A stretch of DNA of 55,883 nucleotides from a virus (IMGVR_UViG_3300037961_005406:1-55883), one strand, 5' to 3'. Positions 1 to 10,225 are shown, counted from the stretch's first letter. The notes: generated from the sequence alone by a model not told the origin. Numbers and translations are program-made.

Positions 1-1012
1 TTACTTTACCTTCTGACTCTTCTATAATGTCAGATAAAGCATGTAGTTTAGGATTTTTAAATTCTTTTATCTCTCCGTCATTTGTTTTAACAAAACCATT
101 ACATACCTGGTGTAGTTTAATTATTTCAGTTAATTTATTATTATAAGACACTGCTTCATCTTCTATTATAGCTATAGCAGCTATTCTAAGTCTTTCATAA
201 AAATCTTTTTGTTCATCATTCATTTCTATATATCTTTTAGAATATAATTTATTTGGTAAATCCAAACACTCATCTTTAGTAACTCTGTATGAAAAATTAT
301 TTAGTTTAGTTTCTAGTTCATCTAAATGAACATAATATTTAGGTATTTCTGTATACTTACCATTACCTAAATCTAATTTATGAGTTACACAATATCTATT
401 TCTAAAAGTAAAATAAGAAGAGAAACCTAAATGATTTGGGTTTAAAAAATTACATTGCGTGTATAAATCTAATGGTGATTTAGTTACAGGTGAACCTGTA
501 AGTATTCTTTTGTATTTAGAATAGTCTGCAAGTTTAATAACATTTCTAGTTCTTATTGCTCTGTGGTTTTTTATTGTAGTAGACTCATCTACAATTGTTA
601 AGTTTTCTGGATGATTATATAAAAATTCTGTAGCACCTTTTAATCCTCTAGATGTAGACAATGCTTCTATATTCATACAAAAGATTTTTAATTTACCTTT
701 TGGATCAAAAGATTTTTTTAATTGTTTAGGTTTATCTATGTTCCAAGAATATATTTCATATTCTATATCAGGAGACATGTGTTTTTTTATTTCATCAAAA
801 GCCCAAACTGTGTAAACTGATTTAGGAGCTAGTATTAATACACCTGTAATTTTTTTATTTATCCTCAAAAGTCCTATATTATCTATGGCGACTTTTGTTT
901 TACCTGTACCCATTTCCATGAAAAAAGCGTATGTGGGTTTATCCCAGGCTTTAGAAAGGCAAGTTTTTTGGTGTTCGTATGGTTGTGTTTTAAAGTTAAA
1001 CAAGTTCAACAT
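1..1012 (-). CDS. SF2/SNF2-family helicase (3' end runs off the window)
   Basis: Not in the ORF track. Manual minus-strand translation from ATG at 1012: MLNLFNFKTQPYEHQK...FFMEMGTGKTK (Q motif, Walker A), IVDEST (Walker B), LTGSP (motif III). Confidence 0.9.
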   Translation of the reverse strand, partial: MLNLFNFKTQPYEHQKTCLSKAWDKPTYAFFMEMGTGKTKVAIDNIGLLRINKKITGVLILAPKSVYTVWAFDEIKKHMSPDIEYEIYSWNIDKPKQLKKSFDPKGKLKIFCMNIEALSTSRGLKGATEFLYNHPENLTIVDESTTIKNHRAIRTRNVIKLADYSKYKRILTGSPVTKSPLDLYTQCNFLNPNHLGFSSYFTFRNRYCVTHKLDLGNGKYTEIPKYYVHLDELETKLNNFSYRVTKDECLDLPNKLYSKRYIEMNDEQKDFYERLRIAAIAIIEDEAVSYNNKLTEIIKLHQVCNGFVKTNDGEIKEFKNPKLHALSDIIEESEGKV

Positions 1013-1017
1013 AATGC

Positions 1018-1050
1018 TTGACATATTAGCATTCAGAACTATATTGTCAA
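1018..1050. promoter_or_regulatory. Overlapping divergent sigma70-like promoters
   Basis: TTGACA at 1018-1023 with TATATT 16 nt downstream on +. TTGACA at 1050-1045 with TAATAT 16 nt downstream on -. Sits between divergently transcribed genes. Confidence 0.65.
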
Positions 1051-1069
1051 CACAAAGGAGGTCATATTT

Positions 1070-1612
1070 ATGAACCTAGAACAATTAACAAAGATAAATA
1101 TAAAAACTGACGAAGTAAAAGACATATCCGACGCTTGTAAAAAGCTAACTTCTCAAAATAAGATTGTAGAAAAAACTGAAGATCTTCTTAAATTACAACA
1201 AGAAGAAGCTAGACGTTTATCTGAAGAAGTGATACCAACTCTTATGCAGCAAGCAGGAGTTTCATCAATAACACTTGATGACGGTACTTCGGTTGAGGTT
1301 TCACCTTACTACTATGCGAAAATCCAAGAGGCACACAAAGAAGAGGCCTTCCGATGGTTGCGTGAGAACAATCACGGGGATCTGATAAAAAACAATTTAT
1401 CGGTTTCGTTTGGTAAGGGGGAAGATGCTGATGCAACGAAACTAAAAGAATCGTTGGAGAAGCAAGGTCTGGTCGTAGACCAAAAACAAGACGTTCATTG
1501 GCAAACTCTTCGAGGATTTGTGAAAGAGCAAATTGAGAAGAATAAAACTATACCATCTGAAACTTTTGGATTGTATATTGCTAATCGAACTAAAATAAAA
1601 AGTAACAAATAA
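1070..1612 (+). CDS. Conserved phage replication-module protein, function unknown
   Basis: Strong RBS (AGGAGG). AFxWLRxNxHGDLIK and VHWQTLxGFVKE motifs resemble genes found upstream of phage SSB/primase modules. Confidence 0.75.
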   Translation: MNLEQLTKINIKTDEVKDISDACKKLTSQNKIVEKTEDLLKLQQEEARRLSEEVIPTLMQQAGVSSITLDDGTSVEVSPYYYAKIQEAHKEEAFRWLRENNHGDLIKNNLSVSFGKGEDADATKLKESLEKQGLVVDQKQDVHWQTLRGFVKEQIEKNKTIPSETFGLYIANRTKIKSNK

Positions 1613-1629
1613 CAACTAAGAGGTAAAAA

Positions 1630-2436
1630 ATGGCAACACAAAAAGCCACAAACGCAGTTGCTCAAAAGGCAACAGCACAAGCACCTATGGTTTCAAATAT
1701 GGAACAATTCGCAGGTGCAGGAGCGGAAAACATTACATCAAAAGATGTATCACTTCCGTTTTTAAAAATCCTTACTAATAATTCACCGCAAGTTACTCAA
1801 GGTGACTCGCAGTTTATTAGTGAGGCAAGACCAGGTATGGTAATAAATTCTGTTTTGAACAAACTTTATGATGGTCAAGCAGGATTTAAAGTCATTCCTT
1901 GTTTCTTTAAATTCGAATACGTGGAATGGGCTGATAGAGGCACACAGAATTCTGTGGCACCTATTAATTCGTATCCAGCTGATTCGGATATAATGACTAA
2001 AACAACCAGGGGTGATGATCGAAAAGATAGATTACCTAACGGTAATTATATCGAGCCAACTCATTACCATTACGTGTTAATGGTTGATGAGAATGATCAA
2101 GCTACGACTACTGCTGTTATTGTGATGAAAGCTACTCAGGCTAAAAAGTCTAAGAAGTGGAACTCAATGATGCTTTCTCAAAGAAGGAAAGGCAGTAAAG
2201 GTATGTTCCAACCACCTACATGGTCTCAGATTTATACTCTAAGAACTGTGTTAGAAAAGAACTCTTTGGGTTCTTGGTTCGGTTGGGAGATTGATCATGA
2301 TAAGGATATACCTAACGACACTCTCATGCAGGCAGCGATGTCTTTTTATGAGACGTGTAAAAAAGGTAATGCCAAGGTCAATCTTACCGAGGAACAGCAG
2401 GCACAAACAGGAACAACACCTTTCGAGCCTGCATAA
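1630..2436 (+). CDS. Putative ssDNA-binding / recombination protein
   Basis: RBS GAGG; lies directly before the primase; aromatic-rich core and flexible C-terminal tail ending ...TPFEPA. Confidence 0.55.
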   Translation: MATQKATNAVAQKATAQAPMVSNMEQFAGAGAENITSKDVSLPFLKILTNNSPQVTQGDSQFISEARPGMVINSVLNKLYDGQAGFKVIPCFFKFEYVEWADRGTQNSVAPINSYPADSDIMTKTTRGDDRKDRLPNGNYIEPTHYHYVLMVDENDQATTTAVIVMKATQAKKSKKWNSMMLSQRRKGSKGMFQPPTWSQIYTLRTVLEKNSLGSWFGWEIDHDKDIPNDTLMQAAMSFYETCKKGNAKVNLTEEQQAQTGTTPFEPA

Positions 2437-3983
2437 TGAGTTCACTAGATTTTTTTAGTAAACTCTTTGGTGGATTAACGTCTGCCTACGGTACCTACGA
2501 GCTCTCAGGAGCTCGTAGAGCCGATGGTAAAGCAGAAGGTAGAGCGTTAACCAAAAAGGCAGATGTAACATTAGAATTATTTGCTAAACATCTTAAAGGA
2601 GAATTGTCATTAGGTATCGTACCTATAATGAAAGATAACAACTGTAAGTGGGGTTGTATTGATGTTGATGAATACGATGGATTTAATCCTCTCGATGTCA
2701 TAAAAAAAATTAGAGATTTAAAATTACCACTGTTTCCTTACAGATCTAAGTCTGGAGGATTACACATATTCCTACATATAGATGGTGTAGTACCAGCAAC
2801 AGACATGATTGATAAACTTACTGAACTATCAAGTAGGTTAGGTTTAGCAGATTGTGAAATATTTCCTAAACAGAGAACTATAAATGTTGAGTTAGGTACA
2901 ATAGGTAATTGGTTAAACCTACCATATCAAAATGCACATTTAACAACTCGTCATGCAATAGATGATAACGGCCACTCGATACCCATAGAAAAATTACAAG
3001 AAGCAGTTACACCTTATCTTGTTAAACCAGAGGACTTTTACAAAATAAAATTAGAAGATCTTAACGATGAAGATAAAACATTTTCAGATTACCCACCTTG
3101 TGTACAGAACTTTGTAAAGAATGCTGTTAGGCCTGGTGATGGTAGAAATGAAGCTTTGTTTAATGTTGGTGTATGTATGCTGAAGAAACATGGTAAAGAA
3201 GGTGCATGGGAAGATGAGTTAGGAGAGATAAATAAATCATGGGGTGATAATAAAATAGATCCTAAAGAATTAAAAATAACTGTAATAAAAAGTTTAAGTG
3301 GAGATAAAGATTACAATTACAAATGTTCTTCTCCTATAGCTAAAAAATATTGTGATCAGGCTGCATGTGTAAAAAGAAAATTAGGTATTGGTAAAAAAGA
3401 TTACAATTTTCATGTGGACTCTTTTCAAAAAATAAGCACTAAACCTCCTAAATATATTTTAACAATAGATAAGAAACCTGTAAGACTTACAGGTCAACAA
3501 TTATGTCAGCAACAACTATTAAAAACAGAATTGTTTGATTGTGATATTGTTTGGAAAACTATGAAATCAGAAGAGTTTGGTTTATGGTTAAACTATCTTA
3601 AATCAATTCAAACTGCTGTAGAAGGATATGACTTTACTGATGATGACAAAGATGAGTTTAATTATCTGTTTAGAAACTTTATGGATGATAGTCAGTTAGC
3701 TGATGATATTACTCAAACTCAAACAGACTATATTTTTGAAGAAGAAGGTTATCTATTTTTTAGAGCAGAACTATTTAAAAAGTTTTTAAAGAAAGAAGGT
3801 AACAACTTAAAACCTTTTGAAGTAAAAGAATTATTAATTGACAATGGAGCTGAGTACATAAGACAACATAAAGAATACAAAGGTCGATTGTGGAAAATAC
3901 CAAAACCCGAAACACTTAACATTAAAGAACGTGATGTTAGTTTCAAACAACAGGAAGCCCCTTTTGACCCAGATACACAATAA
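2436..3983 (+). CDS. Archaeo-eukaryotic-type primase (primase-polymerase family)
   Basis: CIDVD (DxD), RSKSGGLH (SxH) and NLPY motifs; C-terminal PPC...GRNEALF...C..C PriCT-like region. Confidence 0.8.
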   Translation: MSSLDFFSKLFGGLTSAYGTYELSGARRADGKAEGRALTKKADVTLELFAKHLKGELSLGIVPIMKDNNCKWGCIDVDEYDGFNPLDVIKKIRDLKLPLFPYRSKSGGLHIFLHIDGVVPATDMIDKLTELSSRLGLADCEIFPKQRTINVELGTIGNWLNLPYQNAHLTTRHAIDDNGHSIPIEKLQEAVTPYLVKPEDFYKIKLEDLNDEDKTFSDYPPCVQNFVKNAVRPGDGRNEALFNVGVCMLKKHGKEGAWEDELGEINKSWGDNKIDPKELKITVIKSLSGDKDYNYKCSSPIAKKYCDQAACVKRKLGIGKKDYNFHVDSFQKISTKPPKYILTIDKKPVRLTGQQLCQQQLLKTELFDCDIVWKTMKSEEFGLWLNYLKSIQTAVEGYDFTDDDKDEFNYLFRNFMDDSQLADDITQTQTDYIFEEEGYLFFRAELFKKFLKKEGNNLKPFEVKELLIDNGAEYIRQHKEYKGRLWKIPKPETLNIKERDVSFKQQEAPFDPDTQ

Positions 3984-5541
3984 AACTTTTAAGATATTTG
4001 GTCCACCAGGTACAGGTAAGACTACGAGACTTATAAAAATAGTAGAAAAACATTTAAGACTTGGAGTATTACCTCACGAAATGGTTTATGTTTCTTTTAC
4101 TAACAAGGCAATTGATGAAGCTGTTGATAGAGTTCTTAAAAAATTTAAACAGTATGATGAAGATGATTTTATTAATTTTAGAACTATACATTCTTTTTGT
4201 AAGAAAGAATTGTCTTCAGTTCCTGTGTTAGACCCAAGAGTTGATATGTTAAAATTCCATACTGATTGGGGAACTATAAGTGCTAACTTTACAGAAGAAG
4301 ATGCAAATCAAAAAGTATTTAGTAATTGGTCTTTAAGAGTATATGACAAAGCTAGAAATATGTTGGTAGATCCTATTAGTTTGTATAAGACAGAACCAAT
4401 AAAGAAAGTCAGACTACAACAGTTCAAAGACATAATTAGAAATTACAAAAAATTTAAAAAAGATAATAAGATGGATTTTACAGATATGGTAGAAAAATAT
4501 GTAGAAGAAATAAATCCACCATCTTACAAAGTATTTATTGTTGATGAAGCCCAGGATTTGACACCTTTACAATGGAAGTTTGTTGACAAAGTAGCAGCTC
4601 AAGCGCACAGAATTTATTTAGCAGGAGATGATGATCAAGCAATTTATGAATGGAATGGTGCTAGAGTTAGAAGTTTTTTGGACTTTCCAGGTAAAATATT
4701 TATTTTAAACAAATCATATAGATTGAATAATACGATTCTTAACTTTTCTAAAGAAATATTGAAGTTTATACCTGAGAGACAGCCAAAAGAATTTACCTCA
4801 ACCAACAAATCTAGTGGCTCTATTAAGACATACAGTAAATTTAACGAGGTTCCCTTTGATACATTAGGAGGAACTTGGTATGTATTAGGCAGAGTTGGAG
4901 ATAACGTAGATGAGTTAAAAGAATATGCTAGGCAAAAAGGCCTGTATTTCCAAGATATGCGAGGTAATAAATCGTTCAATATTAACAAATGGAACGCTAT
5001 TAATCATTGGTTAAATTTACAAAAAGGTGGAACTTTAACTAAAGAAGAGGTAGGTGTTTTGTATGATTTTATTGATCAAATTAAAAAAGGATGGAGAAAG
5101 ATAGACAACAAAGCCTGGTCTGATATTCATCCTAACCAACCTTTAGATCTAGACTTCTTAAAAGAGAATTGTGGGTTAGAGACGAAGCACACTGAATGGT
5201 GGAAGGTCTTGAACAGAAAATTTACTGCTCGAGACTTGGATTATTTTCAAAGTATGTTAAAAAGAAACATTCAATTTAATGAAAAAGCAAAAATTATAAT
5301 CGACACTATCCACTCAGTAAAAGGTGGGGAGGCAGACAACGTACTAATATATGAAAAAGCTAATTGGCCATCTAATTTTTCAACCAAAAACATCAAAGAC
5401 AAGATGGCTGAAGCGCGGGTTTGGTATGTTGGTATTACACGCTCTAAGACATCCCTACATATACTCTCAACTAATCATACATATTTTTTTCCTTTGGGGC
5501 GTCTTGCATCTAATTTCAACAGGAGAACTATAAATGAGTAG
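3931..5541 (+). CDS. SF1 UvrD/Rep-like DNA helicase (exact start uncertain)
   Basis: GPPGTGKT, SFTNKA, TIHS, VDEAQD, GDDDQAIY, SYR, TIHSVKGGEAD and YVGITR motifs. Confidence 0.93.
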   Translation: MMLVSNNRKPLLTQIHNKTFKIFGPPGTGKTTRLIKIVEKHLRLGVLPHEMVYVSFTNKAIDEAVDRVLKKFKQYDEDDFINFRTIHSFCKKELSSVPVLDPRVDMLKFHTDWGTISANFTEEDANQKVFSNWSLRVYDKARNMLVDPISLYKTEPIKKVRLQQFKDIIRNYKKFKKDNKMDFTDMVEKYVEEINPPSYKVFIVDEAQDLTPLQWKFVDKVAAQAHRIYLAGDDDQAIYEWNGARVRSFLDFPGKIFILNKSYRLNNTILNFSKEILKFIPERQPKEFTSTNKSSGSIKTYSKFNEVPFDTLGGTWYVLGRVGDNVDELKEYARQKGLYFQDMRGNKSFNINKWNAINHWLNLQKGGTLTKEEVGVLYDFIDQIKKGWRKIDNKAWSDIHPNQPLDLDFLKENCGLETKHTEWWKVLNRKFTARDLDYFQSMLKRNIQFNEKAKIIIDTIHSVKGGEADNVLIYEKANWPSNFSTKNIKDKMAEARVWYVGITRSKTSLHILSTNHTYFFPLGRLASNFNRRTINE

Positions 5542-5776
5542 TAAGGATATGTTTGACGAAGCTTTTCCAGACGGAAAGCAGGTCGGAGGATCACACTATA
5601 AACAATTTATCATTCAGCCATGGACTTTTATTAGAAAAAATGGCTTGAATCCTTTTCAAGCAAATGTAATAAAGTATGCTTGTAGATATTTAGGTAAAGG
5701 TAAATCAATTGAAGATCTAAATAAAATAAAACATTATTGTGATTTAGAAATACAACACTTAAAGGAGAAAAAATAA
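5534..5776 (+). CDS. DUF3310-like protein
   Basis: QVGGSHY...NVIKYACR..K..IEDLNK..HY signature. Confidence 0.85.
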   Translation: MSSKDMFDEAFPDGKQVGGSHYKQFIIQPWTFIRKNGLNPFQANVIKYACRYLGKGKSIEDLNKIKHYCDLEIQHLKEKK

Positions 5777-5904
5777 TGAGTAATGAAATGACAAAGATAC
5801 TAGAGAACCACTACGAATGGTGCAAACAAAACGGTAGAGATACTTCATGGTACAAAAAAATGAAAAAACAATCCTCTGTAAAGATTGCGAAAAAAAAGCA
5901 GTAA
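5776..5904 (+). CDS. Small hypothetical protein (42 aa)
   Basis: RBS AGGAG, TAATG coupling; MSNEMTKILENHYEWCK... Confidence 0.5.
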   Translation: MSNEMTKILENHYEWCKQNGRDTSWYKKMKKQSSVKIAKKKQ

Positions 5905-5996
5905 TAATAGAAGATAAAAAATATTATTGTGCTGAATGTTACATGAAGAAAAAAAGAATCAAACCAAAAAATTATGACAACAGAATTGGTGTTTAA
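5847..5996 (+). CDS. Small zinc-finger protein (49 aa)
   Basis: Manual translation MVQKNEKTILCKDCEKKAVIIEDKKYYCAECYMK...; two CxxC pairs. Confidence 0.55.
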   Translation: MVQKNEKTILCKDCEKKAVIIEDKKYYCAECYMKKKRIKPKNYDNRIGV

Positions 5997-7848
5997 CCAA
6001 ACAGAATCAGATTGGAAAAGGCCTGAAAGTTATCCTGACTTATCAGATAGATCTATCATAGCAGTTGATTTAGAAACTAGAGATCCAAATATAAAAACTA
6101 AAGGACCTGGTTGGGCTACAAAAGATGGAGAGATAGTTGGTATTGCTGTAGCTGCTGATGGTTTTAAAGGATACTTTCCTATAGGACATGAAGCTGGTGG
6201 TAACATGGATAAAGAAATTACTTTGAAATGGTTCAAACAGTTAATGGAAAACAATGTAGATAAGGTATGCCACAATGCTTCTTATGATATTGGTTGGGCA
6301 AGATCTTTAGGTATAAAACCTAACGGTAAAATTTATGATACGATGATTGCTGGTGCATTAATTAATGAAGATAGATTTAGTTATTCTTTAAATGCATTGT
6401 CTTTTGATTATTTAGGCGAAGTTAAATCAGAAGCACAGCTAAAAGAGAAAGCAGAGGAGTGGGGACTAGATGCTAAACAAGATATGTGGAGATTACCTGC
6501 AGGTTATGTTGGTCCTTACGCTGAACAAGATGCTGAACTTACACTTAAACTTTGGAATAGATTTAAAATAGAAATACAACAACAAAATCTAACAAATATA
6601 TTTAATTTAGAAACAGAGTTAACTCCTATTCTTATAGAAATGAGAGAGCATGGAATAAGAGTAGATTTATCAAAAGCTGATGAACTTAAAAAAAATTTTA
6701 TAAAAGAAGAGAACAAGAGATTAAAACAGATAAAAGATATGAGTGGTCATGACGTTGAGATCTGGGCTGCTGTATCAGTTGCAAAAGCATTTGATGCTTT
6801 AAAAATTCCATATGAGAGAACTGCAAAAACAAAAGCACCTAGTTTTACAACTAATTGGTTACACAACTGTCCACACCCTTTAGCTAAATTAATTAGAGAA
6901 ACTAGAGAAATGAATAAGTTTCACTCTACATTTATTGATTCAATACTTAGATATGAACATAATGGCAGGATTCATGCAGAGATTAATCAATTAAAATCTG
7001 ATTCAGGTGGTACAGCCACAGGTAGATTATCTATGAGTAACCCTAATTTACAGCAGATTCCTGCTAGAAATAAGGAGTTTGGTAAGCATATTAGAGCTCT
7101 TTTCTTGCCTGATGAAGGAAAAAGGTGGGGTAGCTTCGATTATAGCCAACAAGAGCCTAGGCTGGTGGTACACTACGCATCAAGCGTAGATCAGGGTTTT
7201 GAGGGCTCCTATGAGCTTTTAAAGGCCTATGAAAACGATAATGCAGACTTTCACCAGGTTGTAGCAGAAATGGCTGATATACCTAGGTCACAGGCTAAAA
7301 CCATTAATTTAGGCATGTTCTATGGCATGGGAAAGGCCAAATTATCGGCAGAACTAGGTATTGATATAGAACAGGCTAAAAGTATCTTAAATGCTTATAA
7401 TGAAAGAGTGCCTTTTGTTAAGATGCTATCTAATAGATGTATGACTACAGCAGATAAAAAAGGATGTGTAGTAACTATAAAAGGCAGACATTGTAGATTT
7501 GATCGTTGGGAACCTAAGACTTTTGGTATACACAAATCCATGACTAGAGAAGAGGCAGAAAGTAAATATGAACGAGGTATGATTAAAAGAGCCATGACAT
7601 ATAAGGCCTTAAATAGATTGATCCAAGGATCAGCAGCAGATCAGACTAAACAAGCTATGATTAACTGTTACAATAAAGGCCACCGGCCACTACTACAAAT
7701 ACACGACGAATTGTGTTTTAATATAAACAAAGAAGAAGACATAGACGAAATTAAATACGAAATGGAACATTGTTTAGATGACGTGCCTTTAAAAGTGCCT
7801 AGCAAAGTAGATCTTGCTCTTGGGATAAATTGGGGAGAAGCTACATAA
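5974..7848 (+). CDS. polA: Family A DNA polymerase with 3'-5' exonuclease domain
   Basis: ExoI DLET, ExoII HNASYD, ExoIII YAEQD; TGRLS..PNLQQIP; motif A DYSQQEPR, motif B RSQAKTINLGMFYG, motif C IHDEL. Confidence 0.97.
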   Translation: MTTELVFNQTESDWKRPESYPDLSDRSIIAVDLETRDPNIKTKGPGWATKDGEIVGIAVAADGFKGYFPIGHEAGGNMDKEITLKWFKQLMENNVDKVCHNASYDIGWARSLGIKPNGKIYDTMIAGALINEDRFSYSLNALSFDYLGEVKSEAQLKEKAEEWGLDAKQDMWRLPAGYVGPYAEQDAELTLKLWNRFKIEIQQQNLTNIFNLETELTPILIEMREHGIRVDLSKADELKKNFIKEENKRLKQIKDMSGHDVEIWAAVSVAKAFDALKIPYERTAKTKAPSFTTNWLHNCPHPLAKLIRETREMNKFHSTFIDSILRYEHNGRIHAEINQLKSDSGGTATGRLSMSNPNLQQIPARNKEFGKHIRALFLPDEGKRWGSFDYSQQEPRLVVHYASSVDQGFEGSYELLKAYENDNADFHQVVAEMADIPRSQAKTINLGMFYGMGKAKLSAELGIDIEQAKSILNAYNERVPFVKMLSNRCMTTADKKGCVVTIKGRHCRFDRWEPKTFGIHKSMTREEAESKYERGMIKRAMTYKALNRLIQGSAADQTKQAMINCYNKGHRPLLQIHDELCFNINKEEDIDEIKYEMEHCLDDVPLKVPSKVDLALGINWGEAT

Positions 7849-8036
7849 TGCCTTCTAAATTAGATGACTTAGCTCTAGGTAAATGTCCTCATTGCGATAC
7901 CGTTACAACTTTTATACCTACAAGAAAACCAGAAATTTACATTTGTGATTATTGTGAACAGAAAGTTAGACAACATGTAAATGGAAAAGTGCATTGGTAC
8001 AAATTCAGCGAAGTACCATTAGGAAAGTTTGATTAA
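7848..8036 (+). CDS. Zinc-ribbon protein
   Basis: CPHC...CDYC; TAATG coupling to the polA stop. Confidence 0.7.
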   Translation: MPSKLDDLALGKCPHCDTVTTFIPTRKPEIYICDYCEQKVRQHVNGKVHWYKFSEVPLGKFD

Positions 8037-8240
8037 ATAAAATACTAAACCAGATCCAAGTATAAATATTTGAGGAACAAAATTTAATAAAATACTTCCC
8101 TCTCTCCATTTAATACCAACTATTGTCCATAAAATAGCACCAATAAAATGAACTATTACACCCAATGGATATACATCAAAAGAATGTAAACAAATTGCTG
8201 TTAAGATTACAGTTGCAGCTGTGTATTTTAAAAATATCAT
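8019..8240 (-). CDS. Small membrane protein
   Basis: Three hydrophobic segments; ATGA overlap with the upstream oxygenase gene. Confidence 0.6.
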   Translation of the reverse strand: MIFLKYTAATVILTAICLHSFDVYPLGVIVHFIGAILWTIVGIKWREGSILLNFVPQIFILGSGLVFYLIKLS

Positions 8241-8818
8241 TTGAAGAAAATTACTACATTTAAAACTATTCTTATACCAGATTTTATTGGATTTGCACTT
8301 GCATGAAAATGGTTTTTTATAATTAAAAGTTTGTTTGCTTTTGGCTTTATTTTTTTCATTACAGTCAATAATTTAAATTTATCTTTGTATCCTTCATTAA
8401 AAACAACTGTATCTCCATCACTATTATTTAAATATAACAACAAAGAAATATGTTTTTCATCATTGTCTACATGAGGCATGTTGTGTACATCTTTAGTTTG
8501 TATCTTATTATTATTTAATAGTAAATTTATTTTTGCTTTATGTATATAACCCTCAATATTATTATCTTTCATAAGTTTAAGAATTATTGGAATAAAAATT
8601 TCTGCATAAGGTGAATTAATTTTTTTATCTAAAACCAAACCATGAGATAGTTGTGGAGTAATAAAACCGTTTTTAATTGGAAATATTGTATCTTCTATAC
8701 GTGTATATTCTCCTGAATCTAGTCCTAAAAAATAAGGAAAGTTGTCTTTGACGACCAATTCATACATTTGATCAAAAGATTTTTTATCTACAGCATTTTC
8801 AATAATTTTTAGAGACAT
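8237..8818 (-). CDS. 2OG-Fe(II) oxygenase
   Basis: PHVD, LLYLNNSDGDT, distal H (HAS) and R (RIVLN). Confidence 0.85.
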   Translation of the reverse strand: MSLKIIENAVDKKSFDQMYELVVKDNFPYFLGLDSGEYTRIEDTIFPIKNGFITPQLSHGLVLDKKINSPYAEIFIPIILKLMKDNNIEGYIHKAKINLLLNNNKIQTKDVHNMPHVDNDEKHISLLLYLNNSDGDTVVFNEGYKDKFKLLTVMKKIKPKANKLLIIKNHFHASANPIKSGIRIVLNVVIFFK

Positions 8819-8863
8819 GAATAGCCTAGGATATTATATGAAAAAAAACAAAATGCTAGTCTA

Positions 8864-9070
8864 TTAACCAGCTTTATCTAAAAGACCACTCTTTGCATCT
8901 TCTACACTTTGATCATTGATCTTAGTTCGAAGTTCTTTGATCTTTATGTCGATCCACTTCATATCAGGAGTTACTCTGCCCTGAGACAGTGCTTGGTTCG
9001 CCCACTTGGACTCCAACTGAAGTTTCTCCGAGATTAACTTTTGTAGTTGCATCTCTATCAACCTCCTCAA
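8864..9070 (-). CDS. Hypothetical protein
   Basis: Coiled-coil-like ORF with a GAGGAGG RBS near its start; overlaps the upstream ORF. Confidence 0.55.
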   Translation of the reverse strand: MRRLIEMQLQKLISEKLQLESKWANQALSQGRVTPDMKWIDIKIKELRTKINDQSVEDAKSGLLDKAG

Positions 9071-9242
9071 AGGTTAGAAAAAGAAAGTTAGGATCATAAA
9101 GTCCTGCACCATCTTTTTCGGTTAACTGCCCAGAATCATAACTCGCACTAAAAGATTCTAAAGCAGCTTTATCGTCGCTAGCCTCTATAGTTTCATCCAA
9201 ACGAATATCTTTATAGTTGGCTTGGATACGATAAAGTTTCAT
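8964..9242 (-). CDS. Hypothetical protein
   Basis: ATG ORF downstream of a minus-strand TTGACA (about 9280-9285). Confidence 0.6.
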   Translation of the reverse strand: MKLYRIQANYKDIRLDETIEASDDKAALESFSASYDSGQLTEKDGAGLYDPNFLFLTFEEVDRDATTKVNLGETSVGVQVGEPSTVSGQSNS

Positions 9243-9317
9243 AAGAATATCTTATCAAATTTTTTAATGTAAAACAAGTTGTCAATAGGTGCTAAAAGTG
9301 TTGAAAACACTAGCTTT

Positions 9318-9530
9318 TTAGATGGTGGTAGTAGGAGTGCAATGAAATTTTATAAAAATATTGTATTTATTTACATCATCTGAGCCTATTTCTTTCATTT
9401 TATTTATAGATTCTTCATACCCAAAAATAAGGCAATCATACTGACTATTAAATGTTTCTGTCCATTGATACGGATCCATACATGTACCTGCGACCTGGGA
9501 GCAAATTATTAAAGTTAATAATATTTTCAT
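9318..9530 (-). CDS. Small exported Cys-containing protein
   Basis: N-terminal hydrophobic stretch MKILLTLIIC and four spaced Cys. Confidence 0.6.
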   Translation of the reverse strand: MKILLTLIICSQVAGTCMDPYQWTETFNSQYDCLIFGYEESINKMKEIGSDDVNKYNIFIKFHCTPTTTI

Positions 9531-9537
9531 TTAAGTA

Positions 9538-9575
9538 TTGACCTATCTTATTTATCATCTATATAGATAAGATAA
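9538..9575 (+). promoter_or_regulatory. Promoter with overlapping inverted repeat (putative operator)
   Basis: TTGACC at 9538, then TATCTTAT...ATAAGATA dyad; upstream of the AGGAG-led ORF at 9613. Confidence 0.5.
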
Positions 9576-9612
9576 ATATAAATTAATATTAACTAATTAT
9601 ACAGGAGAAAAT

Positions 9613-9891
9613 ATGAACAGTAAAAGTGTCAGCTTCTTAAAACTTGTAAAAGAAGTAGATGAAATACTTAGTAAGATGCATTCTAAAAGTTCTGATGGTG
9701 AACCTATACAACCTGGATCGGATCATTGGAATGAAACAAGAGATAGATTAATGAAAGTACATGTAGGTGGTGAAACTAGATTTATGACCTATCCTATGAA
9801 TTGGAGTTTATCAGAACATTTAATGGTTGATGAATTAAACAGCAGACCTGATGTGCATCCAATGCATGTAAAACTAAAAACAGAATTGTAA
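9613..9891 (+). CDS. Hypothetical protein
   Basis: RBS AGGAG, 92 aa. Confidence 0.7.
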   Translation: MNSKSVSFLKLVKEVDEILSKMHSKSSDGEPIQPGSDHWNETRDRLMKVHVGGETRFMTYPMNWSLSEHLMVDELNSRPDVHPMHVKLKTEL

Positions 9892-10004
9892 TGACAGATA
9901 GTATTGGAATAGCATTAATAATTTTATTTATTTTACTTTTCCCTAAATTTTTTTTAGGAACTGTAGTTGCAATTATTGCATTTTTTATGGGAGTAACAAT
10001 ATGA
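9891..10004 (+). CDS. Small membrane protein (37 aa)
   Basis: MTDSIGIALIILFILLFPKFFLGTVVAIIAFFMGVTI; start/stop coupled on both sides. Confidence 0.6.
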   Translation: MTDSIGIALIILFILLFPKFFLGTVVAIIAFFMGVTI

Positions 10005-10225
10005 CAAAAGATAGACACGCAGATACAAATAACTTTTTAAAAAAATTAAGACGTAAAGATTGGAAAGACAGACGTGTAGCAGCTATAAATAAAATTAGTG
10101 AAAAAAAAGGTTGGAGTTGTAGTGAAAACAATCCTTACTTTGAACAATATACAGTAATTATGAATCCAAATATTAAAACAAAACAACAATGCAAAGAGGA
10201 GTGTAGAAAAAATGGATATAAATAA
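10001..10225 (+). CDS. Hypothetical basic protein
   Basis: ATGA coupling, GGAG RBS. Confidence 0.6.
   Translation: MTKDRHADTNNFLKKLRRKDWKDRRVAAINKISEKKGWSCSENNPYFEQYTVIMNPNIKTKQQCKEECRKNGYK

Noticed and set aside
885-1073. Plus-strand 62-aa ORF
   Set aside because: It is antisense to the SNF2 helicase start and spans the divergent promoter.
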